Source: Scyliorhinus canicula
Taxonomy: Eukaryota
Direction of reading: 5' to 3'
NCBI RefSeq assembly: GCF_902713615.1
Contig: NC_052151.1
Coordinates: forward strand, 205,191,974 to 205,255,973
DNA: 64,000 nt
Under the pieces are notes generated by a model. That model was not told where the DNA came from. It ran no database searches and was given only the letters and a program-made list of their open reading frames with translations. Within the stretch, counting starts at the first letter, position 1. The number at the start of each line of letters is the position of its first letter. Shown here piece after piece: positions 11,901 through 23,825 of the stretch. Made by a program: the position numbers and the translations under genes.

Positions 11901-12464
11901 GTAAATGGTCCATTCCATGGTGTAAGACCACTGTGGTTGTAAAGCAGCAGATCCCCTGGCTCAGTATGAGCCGAGCCTTGGTAGACGGACTAGGAATGTA
12001 ATATAAACTCGAAGGTAGTTAAATGTTCTGAGGGCTGAATGCACTCTCGGAACTCTCATTGCATATTGTTCAGAAAGAAAGGGATCATACCTATCCAACC
12101 TTCTTTTATCAATTCAATCCTTTCTTGTATATATATATTTCATGTTGACTGATTAATGTGTATCAATAGATGCATTTTTCCATCTGGTTAAGAGTCTTTA
12201 ATCCACTTTATGCAGGCGCGCTCACAGCAGTTTGGTCCAATCAGTAAATTTAAATTAACGTAAGCCCTCTGTTCTACATTTCCCTTTTTTAATTGAATTG
12301 TGCAAATATCAGGGCCCCAGACAAGATCTCTGCAGAATTCTTCTCTTTTCTATTAACAAACCACTTTGAACTTGGAACTTCCAGTTAGTCACATTGACAC
12401 TAAAGTAGTAGTGCTCTAACTGTCGGCCAATGGCGTGTATGGGCGCTACCCACTGATGTGCGAA

Positions 12465-12705
12465 GAAAGTTTTTTTACACCGAGGGTGGTAAATATATGG
12501 AACTCGCTGCCTGAGGAGGTGGTGGGGACAGGTACGATAGCGGCATTTAACGGGCATCTAGACAAATATATAAATAGGGTGGGAATGGAAAGATACGGAC
12601 ACGCAAGTGCAGACTTTTAGTTTTAGTTTAGACAGGTACCATGGTCGACGCAGGCTTCGAAGGCCAAACGGCGTGTTCCTGTGCTGTATTGTTCTTTGTT
12701 CTTTG
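12465..12705 (+). mobile_element. CR1 3' end fragment
   Basis: FTPRVVNIWNSLP motif and ttctttgttctttg tail. Confidence 0.75.
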
Positions 12706-12967
12706 AAAGTTTAGCGAACCTTCCTCACTAAACCAAAATGCTTTTACCAGGGCCAGTGAGACATTTTGTACCTTGAAGTATTCACTGGTGGTGGAAGGTA
12801 TTCACCGTACCGGTGAACACAACCAGTTCACTCGCCACAGCCAGTCAGGAACGGCCAAGACCATGAAGAGCCAACAGCAACCGATGTGCTAAAAACCAAA
12901 AATGCTGAAAAACCTCAGCAAGTCTGGCAGCATCTGTGGAGATAGAAACAGAGTTAACGTTTCGAGT

Positions 12968-13282
12968 CAGCATGGCAGCACAAGTGGTTGGCACTGTGGC
13001 TTCACAGCGCCAGGGACCCAGGTTCGATTCCCCGCTGGGCCACTATTTGTGCGGAGTCTGCTCGTTCACCCCGTGTCTACGTGGGTTTCCTCCGGGTGCT
13101 CCGGTGTCCTCCCACAGTCCAAAGACATGCAGGTTAGGTGGATTGGCTATGATAAATTGCCCTGAGTGACTAAAAAGGTTAGGAGGGGTTATTGAGTTAC
13201 GGGGATAGGGTGGAAGTGAGGTCTTAAGTGGGTCGGTGCAGACGCGATGGGCCAAATGGCCTCCTTTTGCACTGTATGTTCA
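12968..13282 (+). mobile_element. V-SINE, tail A
   Basis: Head, V-domain, tail. Confidence 0.8.
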
Positions 13283-13351
13283 ACTAAGCCTCTGCTTGGT
13301 GGGTGCCAGCATACGTGGGAGATTTATTTTTGATAATACTGCTACATACAT

Positions 13352-13545
13352 AGGGGGACTGGTTTAGCTCAGTGTGCTAGACAGCTGGTTTGTAATGCAT
13401 AACAAGGCCAGCAGCGCGGGTTCAATTCCTGTACCAGTTGAGAATTCTGAATTCTCAGTGTACCCGAACAGGCGCTGGAATGTGGCGACTAGGGGCTCGT
13501 CACAGGAACTTCATTGCAGTGTTAATGTAAACCTACTTGTGACAA
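13352..13545 (+). mobile_element. tRNA-derived SINE with a second head type and tail B
   Basis: ggggactggtttagctcag head, ggttcaattcc B box, no V-domain, tail B. Confidence 0.7.
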
Positions 13546-13840
13546 ATTTATTTTATACATTTGTGATTTTGACCTTCCATGAGATGTACACAATGTGTCA
13601 CAAAGTGAAAGTTGTCGAGCTTCTTTCTTCATGAATAAATTGTCCATGTTTCACAGCCAGACAACAAGGTACTGAGGGATACACCAGCATCTTCATGCTA
13701 AGAGTCAGCTTGATGTTATTTTCTGCATGCTTCACGAGTTGGCTAAAGGTGGGAGCTGCTTTCCCGACCCTCTGTATCAGGAGTCAGTTTGTTAGTCGTC
13801 ATGGACTCATTTCTAAGATACTGTTAAAAATCCAACTGCT

Positions 13841-14632
13841 ATCTGCGACAACCATCGGTTTGCTCCCGGGAGTATGGATGGGGGGTTTCGAGCATGGCGG
13901 CGGACAGGGGGTGGGCGATATGTTCCTGGAAGGGAGCTTTGCGAGTTTGAGGAGCTTGGAGGAGAAATTTGGGCTGGTAAGGGGAAATGATTTTAGGTAC
14001 CTACAGTTGTGGGACTTTGTTCGTAAACAGGTCCCATCTTTCCCATGCCTCCCGCCAATGGGGATCCAAGACAGAATAGTCTCTAGGGGGAAAGAAGGGG
14101 AGGGTAGAGTCTCTGATATTTACACGGTGCTCATGAGAAAGGGTCCCAGACGGAGGAACTGAAACTTAAATGGGAGGAGGAGCTAGGCGGGGAAATGGAG
14201 GACGGGCTGTGGGCAGAGGCCCTGAGTAGGGTACATTCGACCGCGACATGTGCCAGGCTCGGGCTGATTCAATTTAAGGTCGTTCACCGGGCCCACGTGA
14301 CGGTGGCTCGGATGAGCAAATTCTTTGGGATAGAGGACAAATGCGCTAGGTGCGCGGGAGGACAAGCGAACCACGTTCATATGTTCTGGGCATGCCCTAA
14401 GCTGAGGGGGTACTGGGAGAGATTTGCGGGCGTCCTGTCCCGGGTGCTAAAACAAGGGTGACGATGGGTCCAGGGGTGGCAATTTAGCTGGCTTGTGCAG
14501 TCTGTTACGATTGAAGTATTAAATGTACGTGGATGTTTGCACATTTTTGCCTTTTTTGCTTTCTTTCTGTTGATGTCTGTAACTGTTTACAAAGCCAAAA
14601 ACTACCTCAATAAAATTATTTATTAAAAAAAA
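13841..14632 (+). mobile_element. L1-clade 3' fragment
   Basis: CARC..HMFWACP zinc knuckle, aataaa + poly(A), TSD aaaa(t/c)ccaactgct at a TT/AAAA site. Confidence 0.85.
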
Positions 14633-16113
14633 AACCCAACTGCTGTTAAATGCTGGAACATTCCAAATCCCAGAAGGGAAGCTTGGAATGCTTGTTCCTC
14701 ACTGCAGTTTTTACAATTTGGTACAATGTGAGGAAAGATATGAAGACCAGAGAACAATGTTCCAGTCCTGTAATAAGTAACACACTAACTGTTTATTGAA
14801 CAGCAAAACACACCAGAAAGGAAACTAAAAATATACATTTAACTACATTAATGGCTGTACACAATACTTGTAAATTGACCCAGTTTCAAATCCTTCAACT
14901 TTCTTAATCTCTAAGCTAAAGCTCCCCAAATAACATGCCATCGGTTTTAAACTAGCACTATACAGCAATAGTTACCACACGGCACCTGCATCTCTTGTGA
15001 AATTGCTTCTATCTCAGAATAGAGCCAATTGGCTACTCCAGCACAATTTCTCCAAACACCTGCTGTGTATCTTGGACCAACTTACCGCATAGAATGAACT
15101 CTGTCCCTAATATGCTGGTTTTTGTTTTGATCGTTTATTATCTGAACTGTCTCCAAGATCCCCCTCAATGCCATTTCTTACATGAGCTCACTTTGTAAAT
15201 GTGGTATTCTCCCTCATCTGTTTTGAACTTTTACAATCTTTGCTTCAACCACTGATTAACTTCTGAAATTCTATGCCTGATTGTTGTCCACTTCTCTTTA
15301 GTAAATATATGTTCATAATGTTGCTAGGCTAATCCACATATCTAAAACATCAGTTCCTTCACTTAAGCCAATCTGTCCTCTGAACCAATTCCCATTTTAA
15401 AAGTTTGCTCTCTTTTAATCTTACACCCATTAAAATACATTCCGTTATTAGATTCTTTAATTTTCATTTTATCACTTCTTGATAACAGCTTGTCCCAAAA
15501 TTAGTTTTCCTGATGCTTATAGTAAGGGATAAAAAATTAAAGGCATGGGAGAGACAATTTGCGTATTTCTAGTTCAGTTTCTATGTGAGCAACCATCATC
15601 ACATCACCCACTGTAGAGAAGTTCTGTGATAGGACATTCAGTATTTCTGTCTTCACTTTCAATCTGGACAGATTGTAGAGTTTACTATTTTGCAGGGACA
15701 CTCCTTCCATATCTGCAGGAAAGGCCATGGTCAGGAACATGGAGGGGCTAGAACACATCACTGCTTCACTCTGAAACTGTCAGAAGTAGAGTTGTAAACT
15801 GTACAGTACAGGGCAGGTTATCACGAGAGTGGATGACACTGAGAAGCATTGCTGGGCAAAGCTATTCAGGCATTTCCTCTGTCACATTTGTATATTGTGT
15901 TGATTTTTGACTCACTCATGTTCTGTGGAAAATGTCCTACCTTCCAACAAAGTTTTGAATTCAGGAGAACGATCACAGAGAATGTGTTTAAAAATGAACA
16001 CTGCTCCAAAAATCAATCAGACTATTAAACACCAGCCAGTTATAAGGTTATTAACATTAATATTGTTCGATTAAGAATCCTGGATGTGATTAACAGTAGA
16101 ATCTAACCAGAAA

Positions 16114-17040
16114 TCACTTATGAACTCGCTTATGTGTCACTAGGTTGAAGGAGCGAGTAAATCTCTTCCCACACACGGAGCAGCTGAATGGTCTCTCTCC
16201 AGTGTGAACACGTTGGTGTGCCAGGAGAGCAGATGAGCACCTGAAACACTTTCCACAGTCAGTGCAGCTGAATGGTTTCTCCTCGGTGTGAATTTGCTGA
16301 TGTGACTCAAGGGCAGATGCGACAGTGAATCCCTTTCCACACATGGAGCAGGTGAATGGTCTCTCCCCAGTATGAATTCGCTGATGAGCAATGAGGGTAG
16401 ATGACTGCCCGAAACTCTTTCCACAGGAATTACAGCTGAACGGCCTCTCACCAGTGTGAACCCGCTGATGCCTCAGCAGACTGGATGACTGAGTAAATCC
16501 CTGCCCACACACAGAGCAGGTGAATGGCTTCTGCCCTGTGTGGACTCGCTGGTGTTCGACGAGGGCGGATGAATGCCTGAACCTCTTTCCACAGGAAGTG
16601 CAGCTGAATGGCTTTGCTTCAGAGTGAATTCGCTGGTGTGACCTAAGTCCAGATGAATGAGTGAATCCTTTCCCACACACAGAACAAGTGAATGGCTTCT
16701 CACCAGTGTGAAGCCGCTGGTGTATATTGAGGTCAGATGATGCCCTGAATCGCTTTCCGCAGTGAGTGCAACTGAATGGCCTCTCCTCAGTGTGAATTCG
16801 CTGGTGTAACATGAGGCAGGATGTCTGAGTAAATCCCTTCCCACATACAGGGCAGGTGAATGGTCTCTCCTCAGTGTGAATTCGCTGGTGTGGTATGAGT
16901 TTGGTTGACTGAGTAAATCCCTTCCCACACACAGAACAGCTGAATGGTTTCTCCCCCGTGTGAACACGTCGATGAATTTCCAGGAGGGATGGATAACTGA
17001 ATCTTTTACCACAGTCCTCACATTTCCACGGTTTCTCCAT
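16114..17040 (-). CDS. tandem C2H2 zinc-finger protein, 11 fingers, no effector domain in ORF
   Basis: Intact 308-aa ORF MEKPWKC...VHK*, Kozak-like caccATGg; upstream acceptor ttttttgcag| at ~17147 with an in-frame stop before the ATG. Confidence 0.93.
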   Translation of the reverse strand: MEKPWKCEDCGKRFSYPSLLEIHRRVHTGEKPFSCSVCGKGFTQSTKLIPHQRIHTEERPFTCPVCGKGFTQTSCLMLHQRIHTEERPFSCTHCGKRFRASSDLNIHQRLHTGEKPFTCSVCGKGFTHSSGLRSHQRIHSEAKPFSCTSCGKRFRHSSALVEHQRVHTGQKPFTCSVCGQGFTQSSSLLRHQRVHTGERPFSCNSCGKSFGQSSTLIAHQRIHTGERPFTCSMCGKGFTVASALESHQQIHTEEKPFSCTDCGKCFRCSSALLAHQRVHTGERPFSCSVCGKRFTRSFNLVTHKRVHK

Positions 17041-17351
17041 GGTGCTGGTGTCGTTGTCGTTCTCCAGGGTGAAGATCAGTTAAAGCTTTGGCCAAACAGA
17101 AGTTTGATGAGTGATTTGCATCTGTAAATCTTCCCCTTCTGATATCCTGCAAAAAAGATTTGAAAGCAATTAACTGTAAGGTCAGGATAAAAATCAGAAA
17201 AGAGAATTCTAATTCCTGCAGAATATTCTTTCTCTCTTAGCTGTAAATCCCTGTACCACACTCCCTCTTCTTGGTTGATAAGCAACCCCATCTCACTATT
17301 TATTTCCTCATCTCCCAGTTTTCTCCTTCTTCTCTGGCTGGGTTCTGTTAT

Positions 17352-17660
17352 ATCATAGAATTTACAGTGCAGGAGGCCATTTGGCCCATCGAGTCTGCAC
17401 CGGCCCTTGGAAAGGGTACCCCACCCAAACTCACACCCTATTTCCATAACCCCACCCAATCCAACCTTTTTGGACACTAAGGGCAATTTAGCATGGTCAA
17501 GCCATGTAACCTGCACATTTTTGGACTGTGGGAGGAAACAGGTGCACCCGGAGGAAACCCACGCAGACATCGGGAGAATGTGCAGACACTGCACAGTGAC
17601 CCAAGCCGGGAATCGAACTTGGGACCCTGGAGCTGTGAAGCAATTGTGCTAACCACTTTG
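17352..17660 (-). mobile_element. V-SINE, tail A (in the predicted ZNF intron)
   Basis: V-domain and tail. Confidence 0.8.
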
Positions 17661-17829
17661 TCACCTTGCCCCTCTCCCACCCCACCCCCACCCCCACCAT
17701 GTTCTGCAGCTCCTGTCCTCTTTGGGGGAAGGGGAGGGGGGGCTGAATCCTCCCCGCCCACCTCCCTGGGTTTCCTTCCTTCCCAGGGATCAGAGTCCTC
17801 ATTGATTTGAGGCTAAAGTGTTTGATTTA

Positions 17830-18270
17830 TTGTCTCCCCCCTCCGCAATCCGCTGCTGTGAACCGTCCTCCACTCGCTGAACCAGGATGGCGGCCGTGAA
17901 CCGGCTGTTCCCGGGAGGGAGAGGCCCCGCAGCTACAAACCAGGGAGTTGACAATAATTTTGAAGGGTTTGCGGATCCAGAAAATGTTTCGAAATCCTCC
18001 CACCCACCGCCGATCAGCTTCTCCGAGACAAACAAACGTCTCCCCGTCTCCAAAGTCATCAATGGCATTGCGCAGGCGCTAAACTCCGACACTGCACCTG
18101 CGTACTAATGTCCAACTCCAGCGGCGCGTGCGCTCGGTCACGTTGTCTGCAATGATTGACGGCAGGCCCTGACCAGTAGAAAGAGGGGGCGGGAACACAG
18201 GTCGCGCAAAAGAGCCAGGTCTTCCAACCAATCGAAGTGAACGTAGGGGCGGGGCTGATCCCGGATCTCC
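17830..18270 (-). promoter_or_regulatory. CpG-rich promoter/first exon of the 16114-17040 ZNF gene
   Basis: YY1-like GATGGCGGC ~17886, NRF1-like TGCGCAGGCGC ~18069, GC boxes GGGGCGGG ~18186 and ~18247, CCAAT ~18228. Confidence 0.6.
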
Positions 18271-18449
18271 CTCATTGAATGAAACTCTGCATCATTTCGA
18301 AAGCTGATTTAATTCAAACTGAATCAGAAAACTGAACCTTTCTGTTTGTGGCCTTAAACAGATGAAACTCGATGGGTGTGGCCCAAATATTTAAACATTT
18401 TTTAGATATATGTTGCAACATGTTCAAACAATACACAAATATACGTGCA

Positions 18450-18995
18450 GTAAAAAGTCTTACAACCAGGTTAAAGTCCAACAGGTTTGTTTCAAATCAC
18501 TAGCTTTCGGAGCACAGCTCCTTCCTCAGGTGAATGATGAGGTGGGTTCCAGAAAGGTTCAGTTTTGACAAAGAGTCATCGGACTCAAAACATTAGCTCT
18601 TTTCTCTCCCTACAGATGCTGCCAGACCTGCAGAGATTTTCCAGCATTTTCTCTTTCTCTTCAGATTCCAGCATCCACAGTAATTTGCTTTTATCCAGAA
18701 ACATACATATAGACAAAGACAATGATGCAAGACAATACTTTGAATGCGAGTCTTTGAAGGTAATTAAGTCTTTACAGGTCCACACGGAGCATCTGGAGAG
18801 AGGAATAATCACAGATTAAAGAGGTGTGAATTGTCTCAAGCCAATTAATGAACCGATAGTAGGGTTAGAGAGAAGGTTAAGGCTGTCATCATTCAGAACC
18901 TCTCCATTCACCTGAGGAAGGAGCTGCGCTCCGAACGCTCGTGTTTGAAACAAACCTGTTGGACTTTAACCTGGTGTTGTAAGACTTCTTACTGA
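18450..18995. mobile_element. non-autonomous Penelope-like element with ~90-bp inverted termini, each with a hammerhead motif
   Basis: 18450-18537 is the reverse complement of 18905-18995; nested second-family fragment ~18555-18695 with tccagaaa TSD. Confidence 0.75.
18497..18533 (-). ncRNA. minimal type I hammerhead ribozyme motif
   Basis: TCAC-CTGAGGA-A-GGAGC-TGT-GCTCC-GAAA-GC-TA-GTGA: core, stem II, palindromic AGCT stem III, stem I TCAC/GTGA. Confidence 0.65.
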
Positions 18996-19849
18996 CATCA
19001 TTCAGAACAACAGTGATTATAAAGAAACAATTGATCTCAAAGATAATCTCTGTAGTTTGTGTGGCAGTGATGTGTTGAATCAGGTTTATAGGGGGTTAAA
19101 TGTTTTCTGCATCAGAAGTCATGTAAAAATCTGGAACTCAGATGTAAGTATGGATTGATGTTAGGTGAGAAGATTTGGATCAGTGTATTAATCCAGGAGG
19201 CCTTGAAATCAGACTGACAGTATTTCAGAACTGACCTGTGCTAGCTGCAATCCCATTACTTTCTGTTTGTAAAACAGATGGAACTCTCAATGGAGACTAG
19301 GTGTCTCAGATGACATGCACCATGAATTTGTGAACAAACTTAGGATAATCGTGGGAGGAAAGGAAGGGATCTGGAAAGCAGCGGATATTTCATATTATTA
19401 CAAAAGAAATGAGGCATGGTTGTGCCAATATCAAGTTTTACACATCGCTCACTCAAACTTCCAGATACACAAAGGGACCTTGTCTGATCAGGTGGACAAC
19501 ATTCTGCCTCATACCAACTAATAACTAATACTGGGGGTAAGGGCCACAATGTTACAGAAATTCCATTCAACTTTACTCTGCAGGGACTGTGAGCAGTTTC
19601 TGACCATCCATTGCCACCCATTTCACTAAAACTGAAATTCAGATGAAACAATATCTGGGACAGAAGCAACAACAAAGTGTTAACACTGTGTTGTCTACTG
19701 AAACCCCAAATAATCAGTCCCTGTGGGGTCGAGTGTAAAATGCTGTAACATCCTGCGATAATTATAGCTTCTACTTTCCTCATAATCTCACTGGTAATAC
19801 AATTTTCCTTTATATTGATGGTCTGATTTAAGGTTAGGCCATATAGCAG

Positions 19850-19926
19850 AATAGATGGAAAGATGGCTACAAACTCCCTCTAAATCTAACACTAATATCT
19901 GTTTTGTAGCCATCTTTCCATCTATT
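19850..19926. repeat. perfect 24-bp inverted repeat with 29-nt spacer
   Basis: aatagatggaaagatggctacaaa (19850-19873) / tttgtagccatctttccatctatt (19903-19926). Confidence 0.9.
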
Positions 19927-19944
19927 TGGGGCATCTATCCGTGT

Positions 19945-20292
19945 GGGGCAGCACGGTAGCATGGTGGTAAGCATAAATGCTTCACAGCTCCAGGGTCCCA
20001 GGTTCGATTCCCGGCTGGGTCACTGTCTGTGCGGAGTCTGCACGTCCTCCCCGTGTGTGCGTGGGTTTCCTCCGGGTGCTCCGGTTTCCTCCCACAGTCC
20101 AAAGATGTGCGGGTTAGGTGGATTGGCCATGCTAAATTGCCCTTAGTGTCCTAAAAAAATAAGGTTAATGGGGGGGTTGTTGGGTTACTGGAATAGGATG
20201 GATACGTTGGCTTGTAGGGTGATCATTGCTCGGCACAACATCGAGGGCCGAAGGGCCTGTTCTGTGCTGTGCTGTACTGTTCTATGTTCTAT
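19945..20292 (+). mobile_element. V-SINE, tail A2
   Basis: Tail gggccgaagggcctgttctgtgctg...(ttctatg)n. Confidence 0.85.
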
Positions 20293-20374
20293 TCTGCTTG
20301 GCTGTTCGCTCCACACAGCTGATCTTGTTCACCTTGTAGATTGGACATACTATTATGAAAAACAAGCTGGTTAT

Positions 20375-22400
20375 AGATACATAGAACATAGGAGCAGGAG
20401 GAGGCCTTTTGTCCCGCCACTTATCACGATCCTGGCCGATCATTCAACTCCTGCTAATCCTGCTTTCTCTCCATAACCTTTGATCCCATTCATCCCAAGT
20501 GCCAAATCTAGAGGCCTCTTGAATATATTCAATGTTTTAGCATCAACTACTTCCAGTGGTAATGAATTCCACAAGCTCACCAATCTTTAGGTGAAGAAAT
20601 GTCTCCTCGTCTCTGTCCAAAATGGTTTACCCTGAATCCTCAGACTGTGACACCTGGTTCTGGACACACCCACCATCGGGAACATCTTCCCTGTCTAGTC
20701 CTGTCAGAATTTTATAAGTCTCTATGAGATTCCCCCCTTATTCTTCTGAACTCCAGCAAGAACAATCGTAACCTAGTGAATCTCTCCTCATAGGACAGTC
20801 CCGCCATCCCTGGAATCAGTCTGGTAAACCTTTGCTGCACTCCCTTGAGAGCAAGAACATCTATCCTCAGAAAAAGAGACCAAAACTCCACGCAATAGTC
20901 TCGGTATGGCCTCACCAAGGCCCTGTATAATTGCAACAACACATCCTTTGTCCTGTACCCGAAACCTCTTGCGATGAAAACCAACATACCATTAGCCTTC
21001 TTGACCTCCTGATGCACCTGCGTGCTTACCTTTAGCGACTGGTGCACAAGGACACTCAGCACATTTCCCTCTCCCAATTTACAACTGTTCAAGATAATCT
21101 GCTGATTGTAATCGATTATTTCCTGAGAGATCTGATAGGTAAAAGAAGGCTATTTAGTGTAAATATTAAGCCCCAGTTTTAATATCCATTTAAAAATGAG
21201 GATTTCAGCACTCATAACCTCAGGTCATGGTAACACACATAACTTCAACAGAGACACAAAAAGCCTGACACATGCAGAAACTAATTGGAGATTAAAACAA
21301 CATTTTCACTAAGCAAGATGTAAAAGCTATTGATCTAATAAACATATTTTCAAAGACAGTTTGACATTAAGAAATGAGCTGCACCAGTATTCAGATAAAG
21401 GACGAAGCAGGCACCATAGCAACATGAAGACACGATTGTTCATAATGTGGATAAAGCAAAGTTAGCAGAAAACCAGTAGAAACCAGTCGTGATAATAGCA
21501 CAGAATCGCATTCCATAACATGCACAAATATTCAAACATGAAACATTCAGAACTTAAGTTGCGCATTAAGGATTGACAGCTAACCATCAAATCAAATTTA
21601 TTTGATTCTAACCCAAACCAATTAGAATGACATAGAGGTGTAGATAGATGGCTCAAGACTGATAAGATTTCCTTTAAACATGATGGTCCGTACGGCCATC
21701 TTTATTCTGGGATCATCCTACACTTTGACCTAACTATTCGCTATCTCTATTTTCATAATTTCACTTTTCCACTCTAACTCTTGAAGTAAATGCAAGCTGT
21801 TTTGCAGTAAGCAAGAAACCATTTCTGTATTATTTTGAAAGTTAAATTGTGTACAAGTTACTTTTCTTTAAGTCCTTTTGCTAGCCGGACTTTATTGAGA
21901 ATAGGTTTAAGTTTCTCCTACTTGTAATCAAATAGAGGCAATAAAGATTCTTGTTTGTATTCGAGAAGTTTAACTCAAATTTCTACTGAGTTTTAGTGTC
22001 GCAAGACCTCACTAATTCTGCATGGTAGATCTCATCATCTGCCTTCCTCTTTTCACTTTCAAAGTGAATAACCTCACACTTATCCAAATTGTGCTTCATC
22101 TGCCATTGATTTGCCCACTCGTCCAACCTGTCCGGATCTTGGTATCGGATCTCTGCATCCTCATCACAGTTCACCCTCCCACCCAACTTGTATCATCTGC
22201 AAACTTTGAGATATTACATGTTATTCCCTAATCTAAATCATGAATATATATTGTAAATAACTGGGGTCCCAGCATCGATTCCTGTGGCACCCCACTAGTT
22301 ACTGCCTATTAATTTGAAAAAAAAACATTAATTCCTACTCTTTGTTTCCTTTCTGCCAAACAGTTTTCTATCCATCTCAATACACTTCCACTAATCCCAT
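20375..22400 (-). mobile_element. CR1 LINE 3' part split by a solo LTR
   Basis: VKKANGML, VQQRFTRLIPGM, DKCEVIHF motifs; sequence continuous across 21102/22038. Confidence 0.8.
21103..22037 (+). mobile_element. solo LTR (935 bp)
   Basis: TGAT...ATCA termini, 5-bp TSD tctgc (21098-21102, 22038-22042), AATAAA at 21940. Confidence 0.75.
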
Positions 22401-22627
22401 AGCCTCCTTCTACACTGTAGGCATTCTATGCAGCCGTCCTTGTTTCAGTATTTTATAAATAGTTATTGAATTCTCTTTGAAGGTCTTGATTGGATTTGAA
22501 TCCACCACACTCTCAAGCAGTGCATCCCAGATCCTAACCACTCGCTAGATTAAACGTTCCCCTCAGATCACCATTGCAACTTCTGTCATTGTGCAATTAG
22601 TCTTGGTTGGGTTCAATTATTTTTAAA

Positions 22628-22950
22628 TGCACGGTGGCACAGTGATTAGCACTGCTGCCTCACAACGCCAGGGGCCTGGATTCGGTTCTGACCTCGGGTG
22701 ACTGTCTGTGTGGAGTTTGCATATTCTCCCCATATCTGCATGGATTTCCTCTGGGTGCTCAAGCTTCTTTCCAAGGGCCAAAAATGTGCAGGTTGGCCAT
22801 GCTAAATCGGCCCTTATGTCCAAAGGCTAGGTAGGATTATGGAGATAGGGTGGGGTATGGAGCCTCGGTGGAGTGCTCTTTCAGAGGGCCAGTGCAGACT
22901 CGATGAGCCCAATGGTTTCCTTCTGCACTGGAGGGATTCTATGATTCTAC
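22628..22950 (+). mobile_element. V-SINE, tail A (diverged)
   Basis: Head, V-domain, tail. Confidence 0.75.
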
Positions 22951-23683
22951 CTGGGCATCACTCACTAGGCAGACATTCATTGTCTATCCCTAATTGCTGT
23001 TGGAAAGGTGGTGGTGAGCTGCCTTCTTCCACTACTGCAGTTTCTGTGGTATACCTTTCAGTCCCATTAATTTACTCAATAAACCTCCTTACTTATAGTA
23101 ACTTCCTTCGACTCCGCCTTGTACCTAGTCTCTTGGATCTCTACATCTTAGAGATGTAGGAGAAGCTAGATGTATCTTCCTCAGTGAAAACAAACACAAA
23201 GTAATTCTTTCGTTTCTTTGCCATTTCCTTATTCTCCACTTCAAATTCTCATTAATCTGCCTGTAATGGGCCTACATTTAGCCAAATGCAGCCTTTTTAC
23301 TTACCTCTAGAAACTTTCACTATCTGTTTTTATGTTTTTCTTTCCAGGTTGCCTTCCTATTCTTTTCTCCCTTTCTTTGTCAGATTCTTGGCTTTCCTTG
23401 TTGAATGCTAGAAACCTCATAATCCTCAGGTTTACTGCCATTTCTGGCATGTTAATGAGCCTCTTTGCATGTAACACAATCCTTCAATACTGATCTTTTT
23501 TGAGTTTTTTGAACCTTGAAGTTATGAATAGATGTCACACGCTATGCAATACTCATTGAAGATTATCCTTTGCCTGTGCAATGTCACATCTTTCAATGTA
23601 TTTTCCCAATCCACCTCAGGAAATTTGTCCCTCATGTCTTCATAGTTCCTTTATTCAATGTTGACATACTGGTAATAGAGGTT

Positions 23684-23757
23684 GGCGCCATGGCTCAGTT
23701 GGTTAAAGTGCCTGTCTAGTAAACATGAGATCCTGAGTTCTAATCTCAGTGGTGCCT
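23684..23757 (+). tRNA. tRNA-Thr(AGT), probably pseudogenised
   Basis: Colinear with vertebrate Thr-AGT (GGCGCC..CCTGTCTAGTAAACA..GGTGCCT); T-loop TTCTAAT and D/anticodon-stem mismatches. Confidence 0.8.
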
Positions 23758-23825
23758 TTATACGTTTCCTCAATGCATGGCTTTAGATCAAAAGAATGAA
23801 CTCAAGATGGAATGTTTGCATTTTC

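Noticed and set aside
14769-15425. TGTAA...TTACA segment with minus-strand AATAAA, possible solo LTR
   Set aside because: Flanks agtcc and cccat do not form a TSD; insufficient support
16140-17021. Alternative-frame ORFs overlapping ZNF2
   Set aside because: Shadow frames of the repetitive finger coding sequence
19945-20020. SINE heads as tRNA genes
   Set aside because: tRNA-derived A/B boxes but no proper cloverleaf; always attached to SINE bodies
19943-20146. Recurrent short ORFs (CVRGFPPGAPVSSHSPK, AWVSSGCSGFLPQSK) suggesting a peptide family
   Set aside because: Translations of the non-coding V-SINE body
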